From the NCBI GenBank assembly GCA_951406725.2, contig OX597828.1, forward strand, positions 30,442,001 through 30,506,000: a DNA stretch of 64,000 nucleotides, given 5' to 3'. The notes under the pieces were generated by a model that did not search any database, was not told where the DNA came from, and saw only the letters and a list, made by a program, of their open reading frames with translations. Position 1 is the stretch's first letter, and each line of letters starts with the position of its first letter. This DNA is from Octopus vulgaris. Its lineage: Eukaryota. Of this stretch, positions 28,219-41,735 are shown in pieces. The position numbers and the translations under genes are program-made.

Positions 28219-28857
28219 GTGTGTACATATATATATACATATATATGTAAGAAAAGAAAATGCAGATTGGGAAGTTAATAATTGTTTTGTTTTTATTAAA
28301 AGTAAATTAACAATCTTTACTTACATCTGTTTTCATTAATACTCAGTAAAGATTAAGTAAATATTAAATCTATATTTATATGACCTGAGCATAGTATCTC
28401 CAGGTAAAACAATATACGCTTGGATGTGTTGTATGTGTTTATGGATTTATTATAGTAGAACAATGATAAAGTTTAGGATTTGTATTGTTATATGTTCGTG
28501 CGTGGAGTTTACAGGTTTATTGGAGATACGTATGGGAACAGAATTAGAATAATAAATGAATAAATCAAATAGAGATTATAGAGGAAATTTAAATATATAT
28601 AAGGTAAGTTTATAGCTAATAAAAGAATGGAATATTCGTTTATAAAGTATGAATAAAGATTCGAAAATGTTTATATATGCAATTAAGAACGTATACATAT
28701 ACGCACATACATATCTGTATCCGTACGTCCTTATATATATACACAGAGACACGTACATATACCCACACATACACATGCCTACACATGTACACATCTACGC
28801 ATGCACGTATATGTGTATTTATAGAAAGGCATGCGTAAATACAAAAGTACTTATGCA

Positions 28858-28930
<73 letters not shown>

Positions 28931-28989
28931 GTGTGTGTATGTAGGTACGTGTATTTACTATTCTTAAACTCCACCCCTAAGAATAAGTG

Positions 28990-29068
28990 TTGGAAGCTAA
29001 AACAATGCGAAGCGCATTGTGTCCAGCGTAATGTAACAACATCTGATAGCTTGGTCGGCCACGGTGAT
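28990..29068 (+). mobile_element. SINE family C 3' tail fragment
   Basis: GCTAAAACAATGCGAAGCGCATTGTG..TCTGATAGCTTGGTCGGCCACG matches 32585-32645. Confidence 0.7.
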
Positions 29069-29092
29069 ATATATATATGTATATATATATAC

Positions 29093-29173
<81 letters not shown>

Positions 29174-29194
29174 CATACGCACATACGTGTATGA

Positions 29195-29234
<40 letters not shown>

Positions 29235-29752
29235 ATATATACACACAAGAGGCTCCAGTTTCTATGTACCAAGTGTTGACACAGATCACGGAATCATGTG
29301 AATAGAAACGAAACTTCGTGCCAGGGAGTGATGGATGCACATATACACTGGCACACACACACACACACACACAGACGCGTGCACACACGCACACACACAC
29401 GCGTACACACACACGCGTACACACACACACACACATTCTGATATGCAAAAGTAGATGCATAAGTTCTGTAAATATAGATTAGCTCTTTGGCGTATTCTTC
29501 TCATGAAATATAATTCTGTCTAAAAATTGTAATGTACCAAACATTCTATTGGTAATATTATTGAATGTTCATGCTATAATCTTTATATTGGATGGGCACT
29601 TGTAATTGGTACAAAGTTTTCGGAATATAATGAGAATTACTTGAGAGGTTGATGTTGCGATAATGTCACGGAATAAGTATATTGTGAATATACGAAAAGG
29701 AAGATATACACCGGTCCTGTCAATCTCTCTGTCTGTCTCTGACTCTCTGTCT

Positions 29753-29794
<42 letters not shown>

Positions 29795-29921
29795 GTGTGT
29801 CTGTCCGTCTATCTAGCTTTCTGTATATACGTATACTTTTGCGTACATATGTGTATACAAATGCATTTATGTGCGAACGGATGTATGTATATATTTATGA
29901 ATATGCATGTGTATGTCTATG

Positions 29922-29962
<41 letters not shown>

Positions 29963-30082
29963 TCACACATCCGTCCATCCGTCTGTTCATGTATGCATAC
30001 ATACATACATGCATACATACATACATGCATACATACATACATGCATATATAAATACGTGTATGTATATGTGTGTGCATATAT

Positions 30083-30156
<74 letters not shown>

Positions 30157-31448
30157 CATATGCTGATTTAGATATGAACTCTATCTGAGTTATTAAGAGA
30201 AAAAAAAACATTTGATTTTCCTGTTTTTTTTTATGTTCGTGCGGAATATGAATGTTGGTCTACAACTAGTAAAAAAACAACTAGTAAAAAAAATAATAAA
30301 AATAAAAACTATTTGCAAATATTTGTTGCAATCATTTTGGTGTAATTTTGACAATCAGTACAATATAATGTACGCGGATATAAAGAAACGAAAATTATAA
30401 ATAGCAACTGGAAAGAAGGATTTAAAATAAAACCAATGGACGAAAACGAAATGCAAGCTGGAAATTAGAAGCAATCTTGTAAAGAATCAAAATTATATTG
30501 CGTTATACGTGGGTAGCATTCTTCTGACCTAACTCCCTTACAGATTTACTAATCGTGTCAAAATATATTGTGCTAAACATGCACGATATACTTTTGACCT
30601 ATCGTCCTCACAAATTATTCCAAAATGAACAGGCAGGCATATTTTCATCTGAAAGTTTTACAAGACAATCTAGATCAACGCTTATCATTCGGAATGGAAA
30701 TTACTCTAAAATTGGTAGCGTGTATGCTACTACTTAATTGTTGCACTGGTCTACCATGGCAGCCTATTATCCTTCCGATTTCTCATATAAAAATAACACA
30801 TATTTCATAATGGAGGGCCAAAGCTTATCAAGACACTAAAAGATTCCTGCCGGAAGATATGGAACACAAAATACTGGCCAAAGTAATGCACACGGTTACT
30901 GAGGAAAACCATTCTCAAGAATGCACACTTGCCAGAATTGTAGTGAATGGAGCAGAATGTTATAGTTAAAAATATTCTTCATAAGAACGAATGGCTGGAG
31001 AGTGTGTGAGACAAATTACGTGAGGTCAGGAATCAAAATGTGTGAGGATCTTGCGATAGTAGTGCAAAAGTGAATGAAAATCTTTATAAGGTAATAAAGA
31101 GAGAATTCGTAGAGATTGTGTTTTAGAGTACATGTATTTCCGTTGTAAAGTTTTTCTACGTTTTTTCCTTATTGGCAAAGGATTAATACGTTTCTAATAG
31201 AAGTCATTTACCATAGTTGAGCTCTTGACTAACGAGGAGTGTATGCTGTTCAGTTTTCTAGATGGCTATAGTTTATGGCATCAATTCTGACAGATCAGTA
31301 TGCAGAGATGAATGAGAGAATTTTCCGAATTTAAATCAATGCTAAACACAAATTAGGAAATCATCAACTGCAACTAGTAACACAATTCGCCAATAGATGG
31401 TCAAATTGATCGGTGCACGGCATATATCAGATTATATAAAAATATATA

Positions 31449-31610
31449 AAGGCGTTGAGCTGATAGAATCGTTAACACATCGGGGAGAATGCTTTGCGCA
31501 TTCAGTCTTTTGTTCTGAGTTCAAATTCCGCTGAAGTCGACCATGTCTTTCATTATTCGATCAAACAAATACCGATTGGGCAATGGTGTCCATGGAGTCG
31601 ATTAAAACCC
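31449..31610 (+). mobile_element. Old SINE family B copy
   Basis: AAGGCGTTGAGCTG..TTCTGAGTTCAAATTCCGCTGAAGTCGAC. Confidence 0.7.
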
Positions 31611-32140
31611 ACCCCTCATCTTGCTGACAATTTGCAAAAATTTAAAACTAACATAGAAAGATTATATCTGCTTCTACACCCTTTCAATACAAAACTCCTA
31701 CATATGTCAGACCTCTCAAAATTACATATGAAGTATTTTAGTAATAACTAATTATGATTTTAGATGCAATTTAACTATTTATATTTTGTTATCTAAATGA
31801 TTCTACGACAGATGAATACTTATGAATATCTTTCTATGAGAATATTTTACATGAAACGTGTCCATTGGGTTACCCACTTGGCCACAGAAGACATCCTACA
31901 AACTAAATTATCTAACTTACATTACCATCACTTCAGCAAATTTAGGATTATCTAAAACTATGTTAAAGGCCATGCCTATTGTTCATTTATATTTATTCCT
32001 CTTACCACACCGAGACTTTTGTATATAAATATATATTTATATATACGCAAACACAGACATATATATAGATATATACATACATATATGTATATATATATAT
32101 ATACGAAAAAAAAAGAAATATATATACATATATACATACA

Positions 32141-32191
<51 letters not shown>

Positions 32192-32280
32192 TATGACCAT
32201 TATATATATGTATACACACATGTATACATATATATATGTGTGTATATATATATGTATACATATATATATGTGTGTATATA

Positions 32281-32357
<77 letters not shown>

Positions 32358-32359
<2 letters not shown>

Positions 32360-32726
32360 AGGCGCAATGGCCTAGTGGTTAGGGCAGCGGACTTGCGGTC
32401 GCAGGATCGCGGTTTCGATTCCCAGACCAAGCGTTGTGTGTGTTTATTGAACGAAAACACCTAAAAAGCTCCACGAGGCTCCGGCAGGGGGTGGTGATCC
32501 CTGCCGTACTCTTTCACCACTCTTTCTCCCACTCTTTCTTCTGTTGGCCTGCTCGCTTAGCCAGCGGGGTGGCGTCATTCGAAGGCTAAAACAATGCGAA
32601 CGCATTGTGAGCAGCGATGGTCTGATGGTCTTGTCGGTCACGTGATCACGTGATCACGTGAAAACACCTAAAAAGCTCCACGAGGCTCCGGCAGGGGGTG
32701 GTGATTTCTGCTGTACTCTTTCACCA
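32358..32726 (+). mobile_element. tRNA-derived SINE family C with (CACGTGAT)n tail and a partial internal re-duplication
   Basis: A-box TGGCCTAGTGG and B-box GGTTTCGATTCC. The tail is GTCACGTGATCACGTGATCACGTG. 32660-32726 repeats 32454-32519. Confidence 0.9.
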
Positions 32727-34537
32727 TATATATATATATATAAATATATATATATAATGACCATTCCGAAATATAATAATATATATATACGCACACACAC
32801 ATATATACGTATATATATGTGTATGTATATATATACATATACATATACACGCATATATATACATATATATGCGTGTATATATATACGCATATAGATATTC
32901 ATAAGCGTAAGATGTGCGTATGAATTATTCTATATTCTATCGCTCATTCCTCTGTATTTCTAGAATTATAGTAATGACATTATTTTTGAATAATGCATGC
33001 ATTGTTCCTCCTTTTTGGTTTTTATATCAGGTATTTCCCTCTTAGTGTTATTTCCAAATGGATATAAATGTATGTATAATCAAAAAAAAGAAGAGAAAAA
33101 AAGGAAAAAAAGAAATCAATAAAGAAAGGAGAAAACATTATATTGTGTCAGGTGATGCCGCAGCTAATTTTTTAAGGGTTTTATGTTCGCAATGTTTTCT
33201 GCTGTTGCCCTTGTTAACATTGCTGTTGGTTGGAACATAATGTGTTAATTCTAATTAGATAAGCACCATATTGTGATAAATGTTTCTCAAAATTCTACAA
33301 TGGACATTTATAGATTAATCACTGATGAAATGCACTAATTTAATTGAAAGGAATTATTTGTATTTACCGTTGTGTTCCTTTAAATGACTTACTCAATTTT
33401 GTTACTATTTGTTTTTTTTATTTATTGAATCGAGTAAGCGTTGGAAATTAAGTTCAGAGCCGTAATAAAATTTAATGGCAAAATTACTTGAAATCACGTT
33501 TTGTATTAGATATTATTTTATTTTATTCGCCCACTATTAACTAATTTAGCAAATGAAGAGTTAATAATCAATGGCATTTTCGTTGAATAGTTAAACGGTT
33601 TCTTTAAATTTTTGGATTTATTTTTTATAATTTATTCCAAGTCTGTAATTACATGATTGGCTCTCTGTTGCAGAGCAATATCTAACATTAATTATTTAAT
33701 TTGTTGCTTTACTTTAAGTCTATGGAGTGGAAATTGCTTCGAATCTATTCATATAGCACAGTGCAAACCTCAGTAGATTAAACTACCTGAAGCATCTGAT
33801 AGCTTGGTGTTAGCATGTTTTATTATTCGATGCCATGCATCAACCCAAACAAAGTTAAACAATTCATTGTCATTATCCTTTCAAACACGAATCTAAGGAC
33901 TCAAGCTTCGCCAATAACAGTGTCAATACATTAGTCATAATCCTATAGGATCTGATAATTTTGTAGTATGAGTCTAAATACACATACACACACTCATATA
34001 AACACATATGCACACACGTTCAGCAGAATAGTTTATACTTGTCACATAATAAGTTAAAAGGCTGTCTATAAATATTTGGAAGACGTCGTATAGCACACTC
34101 TGCATTAAAATATTGCGCTCTCCTCCGTATTTCCTCCAGAGAAGGGAATACCTGAAGCTCAGCTTAATCCAAACCCACCTTCCCCAAAATATCCACAAGC
34201 ATTCTCGTGTATATAACACATACACACATATTAAACACTAAGAACATTCTGTGCACTTTATCTGTTAGTTACTTCCTGTATTTTGTCCCTCGATACTCTT
34301 ATACTACACGTCATATGAAACGCTCCCTCTCACTATTGATACGCAAACACATACATATCTAAAACTGTATGCATGTGTGTGTGCGCGTGCCCGACGGTTT
34401 GCAAAATATTTATTTAAAAAAAAACAGAATAATATTTAAGAGTTTAGTCTTATTCACTCCCAAATAGACTTCAACAATTCCTACAACAAAGCAAACAAAT
34501 CTACTCTCAGAACAAGCCCTTCACATACATACACACG

Positions 34538-34581
<44 letters not shown>

Positions 34582-35501
34582 AGCACGCACGTATATGACG
34601 GTTTGTGCTTTTCACCGCACTATGTGCTCTTACCGCCTTTCACTCGTAAGTTAAAAAGCTGTCTACAAATATTTCGAAGAGGTACTATAACACATTCTGC
34701 ATTAAAATATTGCATTCTCCTTTCTACGTATTTCTCAAACCTTTTCCTCTATCTGACGAAGAGCCACATTCTGAAGGCCATTTCCACTCCTATTTCCCTA
34801 TCTAAAACTGTCATTAATATATTCATTCTCTACGTCTAGAAGATTTTTTGTCTTCTTTTCTTAGGTTTTATCTTTGATTTGCTTTTATATATATATATAT
34901 ATATATAGATAAATATATGTAATACAAAATTTCCGCTGATTAATCTTGAGATTGCTCCAACCTGGCCAGCCCCAAGGAAAAACTAAGCTAAGAGCATTAG
35001 ATTCCTTGGAAGAAAGCATCGAATGTATACGAAAATAAGGACGGAAAAACAGACAATGTTACACAAATATAAATACAATAATTATAATAATAACAGGACA
35101 TAACAAAAGGTGTCTTTCGATTGGGGACGAATTGAATTCAGTTGGCGTGTGTGGAAATGGAGCCTTACGGCAGAGACACAAAAGTTTCACAAAGACAGGG
35201 AAGAATATCGATGATGCACTGACCACGGTCAGACCCAAAAAGAAAGCTAGCAGTTGGGCCTGTCGGTTTCATGGGAAGAGAAGAGAGAGAAAAAGAGGAA
35301 CAAAAGAATTAAGGAGGGGGAAGAGAAGAGAGAGAGTTGTAGAAGCAGATGGACAGAAGAATTAAAGAGGGACAAGAAAAAATGACAGGGACATAGTGAA
35401 GTGAATAGTAATAAGAGAAGAATGCAAAGAATTGTGAGAGAGGGGGAAAGAAAGAACGAAGAGTGGAATGAACAAATGAGCGTGAAAGGGTTGGAAAGGG
35501 T

Positions 35502-35564
<63 letters not shown>

Positions 35565-35879
35565 ACATCTATATATATATATATCAGCAGCCGTAAAAGA
35601 TAAACAAATAATAGTGGAAAGCTACAATTTAAAATGTGACATGTAGATACCTGTACAAGTTGTTTCCTACAATACCCGAAAGTGGTTCAGGGGAAATCTT
35701 TAATGAATACTTCTTGTATTCTTCAGATGTAGTAGAATCCAATTATATTTCGACTTCTGATGGCAAAATGCATTTGTGGGAGCCGGGAGAGCAATTTCAG
35801 AAATTTCATTAGAGTCAGCTTTGTTTTGTCATAACGCTCGGGGAAATAGTTTTTTGTCAATAAAATGCTTTGACAAGAA

Positions 35880-36622
<743 letters not shown>

Positions 36623-37917
36623 ATATATCCGCTCTACAATGAACGTATGAAAAATTGTAGAGAAACTTAAAATTCCTTTTGATGTTTTATCTTTTGCATT
36701 GAGTCTTTAAACAAGTATAAATTTATTTGTTAGTGCCGTTATATACAGAAAAGCATAGTAATTTCTTTTCATATATTACACTTTCTGTTGTACTTTTACA
36801 TGTGAGAAAAATCTCCATATTAAGATAATTTATAGCAGATATATATTTAATTCAAATAGCAAAAGGTTTCAGTTCAAATGTCTCTAACAATGTGCATAAT
36901 GTTTGTTTGGTTGTAATGTGATACAGGGACAATTGACCACTTTTGTACTCATGGTACAATGCAACGTCTGTCAGAAAGCCAAAGGTAAATATGAACAGAC
37001 TTTGAAAGTTTTACTGCCTGACCTTAAAAAACGTGATGAAAATTCGTGATTCTCTTTGTACTCAAGAGAATAAAAGAAAAAATTTTCTTTTACGCTTGCC
37101 AACCTTTGGTCAATCATCCGTAGATACCCTTACAACTTCCTCTTGCCAAGAGAAATTGATAGCATAACTATAACAAATAATCTAGGCGCATTAACTAGAG
37201 AAACTGGTAAATCGTGTCCTTATCTGCCGCGTGTATTCGAAAACATTGCATAAATTTAATTTCTTTCATCTTCGTATGACAAAACTTACAACATGTAAAC
37301 ATATTTGCTAAAGCATCCGTAGCACAAGTCCTTTATTCTGCACTTTAATATTATTAAATTCGTCTTAGATTTTGCACTGTAGTAGTGCAGTACATAAATA
37401 TTTCTTTGTTTCCTCGATACGCCGTCAGCAAACCATGTGCGAAAAATATACTAATGCTCTTAGGTTACTTCAAATTTCAGTATAATTTCACATACATACA
37501 CAAAAACTTACACATACAAGACGGTTTAATCTGCACGAATATGTAACAGGAAAATCATTGCAAATATTTGAAATAAATTGAGCAAGGAAGTTTTAAAATC
37601 CTGATATAGTATATTTCCATGTTCAATTATTTGAAAAGCTCAATAAATTGCTATTCATAAAGCAAATCATAAACCTGCAGATTTATTTGCTGCCTTTTGA
37701 TATCATGCCGATTCTGACCTACCACATCGATGATCAAATCTGGTTTGGTCATTCCTATCCCGTCATTTTCTCTGCCATTACATAAAAAAACCTGTACCAC
37801 TGAATGTATTATCTTCTGTACGAAGAGAATTGTTATAATTGAAGGGAGATTTGGCTGCAGATTCTAAGCTAGTACACTAAGATTGCTGTATTAATATTTT
37901 AATAATAGGAATCGGAA

Positions 37918-38125
37918 TGCGGAGAGCTGTCACAAATGTTAGCACACCGGGCCGAAATGCTTAGCGGTACTTCGTCTGTCTTTACATTCTGAGTTCAAAT
38001 TCGTCGACTTTGCCTTTCATCGTTTCGTGATCGATAAATTAAATACCAGTCGCGTATTTGGGTCGATCTAATCGATTGGCGCACTCCCACCAAATTTCGG
38101 GCCTTGTACCTAGAGTAGAAAAGAA
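37918..38125 (+). mobile_element. SINE family B monomer
   Basis: Head, one body unit and the end GGGCCTTGTACCTAGAGTAGAAAAGAAT. Confidence 0.9.
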
Positions 38126-38132
38126 TAATAGG

Positions 38133-38528
38133 AAGGCGGCGAGCTGGCAGAAACGCTAGCACGCTGGGCGAAATGCTTAGTGGTAGTTCGTCTGCCGTTA
38201 AGTTCTGAGTTCAACTTCCGCCGAGGTCGACTTTGCCTTTCATCCTTTAGGGGTCGATAAATTAAGTACCAGTTACGCACTGGGGTCGATGTAATCGACT
38301 TAATCCGTGTGTCTGTCCTTGTTTGGCCCCTCTGTGTTTAGCCCCTTGTGGTAGTAAAGAAATAGGTATTTCGTCTGTCTTTACGTTCTGGGTTCAAATA
38401 CCGCCGAGGTCGACTTTGCATTTCATCCATTCGGTGTCGATAAATTAAGTACCAGTTACGTACTGGGATCGATCTAATCGATTGGCCTCCTCCCACCAAA
38501 TTTCGTGCCTTGTGCCTGAGTAGAAAAT
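38133..38528 (+). mobile_element. SINE family B dimer, directly downstream of the monomer
   Basis: GGCGGCGAGCTGGCAGAAACG head, two body units and the GCCTTGTGCCTGAGTAGAAAA end. Confidence 0.9.
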
Positions 38529-38699
38529 AATATTTAATAATAAGCATCATTGCCTGTTTCCATCACATATTGACATTACTTACATTTTTAATACTTTCTG
38601 CATTAAGTATTTTAACATCAACGTGTGACAATTAGTTCCGAACCATGTATTATTACATGTCTTAAAATCATAGATGTGTTTTGTCACATAGTTACAGCT

Positions 38700-39855
38700 G
38701 TTGCTTGCTTCATGCACTTGCTTGTTGAGGTTGGGGTCATCTCAGATGATTGGACCCGGAGAAGTCATCATGCGTGAAGCGGACCATGTCCACCAGTTAC
38801 CTCCATTGCTGGCAATCCCATGCCTGCCCTCTCGGCATTCACCAAGATGACGTAGAGCTTCTGGAGGCGTTGAGCTATCTGGTACGTGCCCCTACCATCC
38901 CGCTGCTTCGGCGTCTAATGAGATTAAAGCCCTGCTAGGTCTTTTTTGTGGGAATATTTCCTTCATAAATGAGCCCATATTGATGTAGTACAAAACGAAC
39001 ACGAAAATAAATCTTGCAGGTGACGGAGGACATGTCCTTACCAGCGCATGTAACAGATATCTATGATGGGGAAGTCTTCGCGTTGTTTCCTGTATGCATG
39101 CAGTTCTTTGTTGGAAAGGTTTTGGTACCATATGATGTTATCGATGGTTTTCAGGGCTCTACTTTCAAAGCCGTCGATCCTCTTTGCCAGGGTGACGTTT
39201 CCACGCCAAAGAGGAGAACAGAAAGAGCCTTTGCGTTGTAAATGCCGAGTTCCTATTTGGGGGTGATAAAACAAGGCTTTTCCATAGGGAGAAAATGACC
39301 CCAACGGCTCCATAGCCTCCGTTGTTGGTGACAGTGGAGCCCACGAAGATGAAAAAAACTGACAAACACCACGATGTTGAGGCCAACACTCCTGAAGGTC
39401 ATCTTCGCTCATTCTTCTCTGTATATGGTCAGTGCGTCCATGAGCTGCTTGATCGAGTTGGGTGGTCAACCGTACACACCAGGTAATTAGAGTGGTAGTT
39501 TCTGAAGGTAAAGCCAGAGACTGGCTCACAGATCTTGGGCATCCGATAATGAATGACACATTTTCAGAGGTCGAAGGCGGAAATGCAGCCCTGTCTAACC
39601 GCTCTGTTGAAGGGGAACCAGCCGGAGCCTTTCCCGTCCAGCCACAGTCAGCTCCCGGCACTGTTATAGAGACAATGGAACAGGACGGTAAACTTGGAAG
39701 CCCATAGAGGAGCTTGAGAATTTTCCAGAGGGGTACGTAATTAACCGTGTCGAATGCCACATGGAGATAGACGAAGGTAGTGTAGAGGTAATGATCGGTG
39801 CGGGACTCCCAAGTACATTCAATGATGAGAAAAAGGGCAAAAATGTAATTTGATA
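38700..39855 (-). mobile_element. RTE-like LINE RT and 3' end fragment, decayed
   Basis: Peptides FVYLHVAFDTVNYVPLWKIL..YGLP, VRQGCI and IDGFESRALKTIDNIIWYQNLSN, followed by a short AAGC-repeat 3' tail. Confidence 0.8.
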
Positions 39856-40882
39856 TTAACAGATATTATATATATAATATTTTAGCGATCTTCTTATGCA
39901 ATTCTGTTTCTGCGTTCTGCATTAGCTAAATTGGGAGTTATACATTTTATGAAATTAGGTAGCACTATTATACTGAATATGGAAATTATCAGGTTGAGGT
40001 ATTTTGCTGAGCTGAAGCAAAAATTGACTCCTCTCACGCCGCTGAAATATTCTAAGACATGATAAACATTATCTTGCACTTAAATATTATTATGTTGCCC
40101 TTTAATGAAAATCATGTTTGTGCGAGCAACATATAAATCTCTATTTTTATAGCAGAACTACTAGAAATCACACGTAACTGTCTTACGTTATGGAAGAACA
40201 ACGTCCATGCTGTAGACGTGCAAGGAACACCTTAGAACACAGATCCTTTCTCTGCCCCATACGTTCTATCAGCAACTAAACAACTTGATAAACCAATAAC
40301 ATAATAGGCAACATGTTTGCACAAAAATAACGGGAAATATTTAAGTGAAGGACAATCTTGATCTCAAGAATAAAATGGAAATATAGAAATAAAATTATAT
40401 TTTTTGAATTTCAAAACGGATTTTCACATGAGCAGAACAATTAAATTATAAGCAGGAATGTTTATTTCGATGCAATGGGTTTTATTTCACAGAATAAAGA
40501 AAAACAGATATATTTTTCAGGTGTTCTTTTTATACTTGCTTGTATAAATATTTTAGTGATAAATTGAGCAATAACATAAAACCAAATGAAACCGTTAGAG
40601 AATTGATATATTCACAGGTTAGCATTATTTTTGTGACGGTAATATTTCAATCTGCTTACGCATGGTGCATGATAATAATGTGTAATAATAATCGAGAAGT
40701 TTGTGATATATATCACATTATATCTCTCAATGCGTCTATCTATAAACCTCAACAAAAATGCATCAAGCAAAAAATATATATTTATTTCAAAAATGAGATT
40801 ATTCGCTGAGAGCAATCAAACTTTCTCGAATAGCACTGTTCATTTTAATAAGTGATGGTGTAAAATACATAACTAAGTTCAT

Positions 40883-40929
<47 letters not shown>

Positions 40930-40931
<2 letters not shown>

Positions 40932-40993
40932 CCCAGCTTGGCCGCAGTCTAACCCCAAGATTCCGAGTTCGATTCCAAGCAGGTGACCTCCAT

Positions 40994-41073
<80 letters not shown>

Positions 41074-41100
41074 TAATAATAATGATAATAATACTACTAC

Positions 41101-41139
<39 letters not shown>

Positions 41140-41280
41140 TAATAACATCGAAAAATACCTTAGGAATGAGAGCGCAGGTTCGAAATTTCCCCAAGACACC
41201 TGATGAAGGCTGGAGGCTATATCAACCGAAACGTTGTGTTGACAACAATCAAGATGAGGACAAATATCCGTCTAATGCAT
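40930..41280 (+). mobile_element. Composite short element: tRNA-like B-box head, (AAT)n, then a hammerhead-containing tail
   Basis: GAGTTCGATTCC at about 40965. (AAT)n at 40997-41143. Hammerhead at 41195-41240. Treating the three parts as one element is an inference. Confidence 0.6.
41195..41240 (+). ncRNA. Minimal type I hammerhead ribozyme with intact catalytic core
   Basis: GACAC-CTGATGA-A-GGCTG(GAGGCTATAT)CAACC-GAAA-CGTT-GTGTT. Stem I GACAC/GTGTT, stem II GGCTG/CAACC (one mismatch), palindromic AACGTT in place of stem III. Confidence 0.8.
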
Positions 41281-41289
41281 GCCGGTAGA

Positions 41290-41735
41290 AAGTAAACTCA
41301 AAAACGAAAGGAAAACAACAAAGTTGCGGTGTTTCCTTGTATTTCTATATTTCGGGGTGAAAACCCCTTCGTAAGGACATTTGGAAAAAGCAGTAGTTGG
41401 AAATAGTCAATGCTCAGATGTATGTTGGAGGCGAGGCAAGGGATAAGGGAGGAATGTGACATACGCAGACTGGTGTTGCTATAACGACCAGTATGCTTCA
41501 TGTAGTTCCTTACGGTTGTTCGTGTCTGGTCTCCATTTGTTTGTAAATAGTGCTGCCATAATTCTCAGATTTCCCCTGCTGATTTGGGTTGCCTTGATGG
41601 AAACTTTGAAATTCTGGATTTCGCATTTCCTAAGGTGTTTCCTTCTCGAAGCTTCCGTGTGCAGATGCTCCTATATCCGGATGTGTAGTTTACTAATGAA
41701 AGTGCAGTCGCGTAAAGAAACTACTACTCTCCGGA
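41290..41735 (-). mobile_element. Penelope-like 3' fragment: GIY-YIG C-terminal half plus pLTR with hammerhead
   Basis: Minus-strand peptide KLHIRI*EHLHTEAS..KHLRKC..NFKVSI..LRIMAALFTNKWRPDTNNRKE. Hammerhead motif ATGTC-CTTACGA-A-GGGG(TTTTCA)CCCC-GAAA-TATA-GAAAT at 41380-41341. Confidence 0.75.

Noticed and set aside
28315-28415. Minus-strand CTGGAGA..long stem..GAAAACAGATGTA as a degraded hammerhead in a TA-flanked segment
   Set aside because: It may be a PLE pLTR remnant, but there are too many deviations to support without a family consensus.
30810-30900. Possible ancient RTE fragment (DSCRKIWNTKYWPK)
   Set aside because: Too short and degraded to call with confidence.
32358-32430. tRNA gene
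   Set aside because: A and B boxes are present, but the acceptor and anticodon stems are imperfect and the sequence continues into a repeated SINE body.
34750-34780. CTGACGAAGAG..TCTGAA as a hammerhead
   Set aside because: There is no GAAA-NUH and no stem I pairing.
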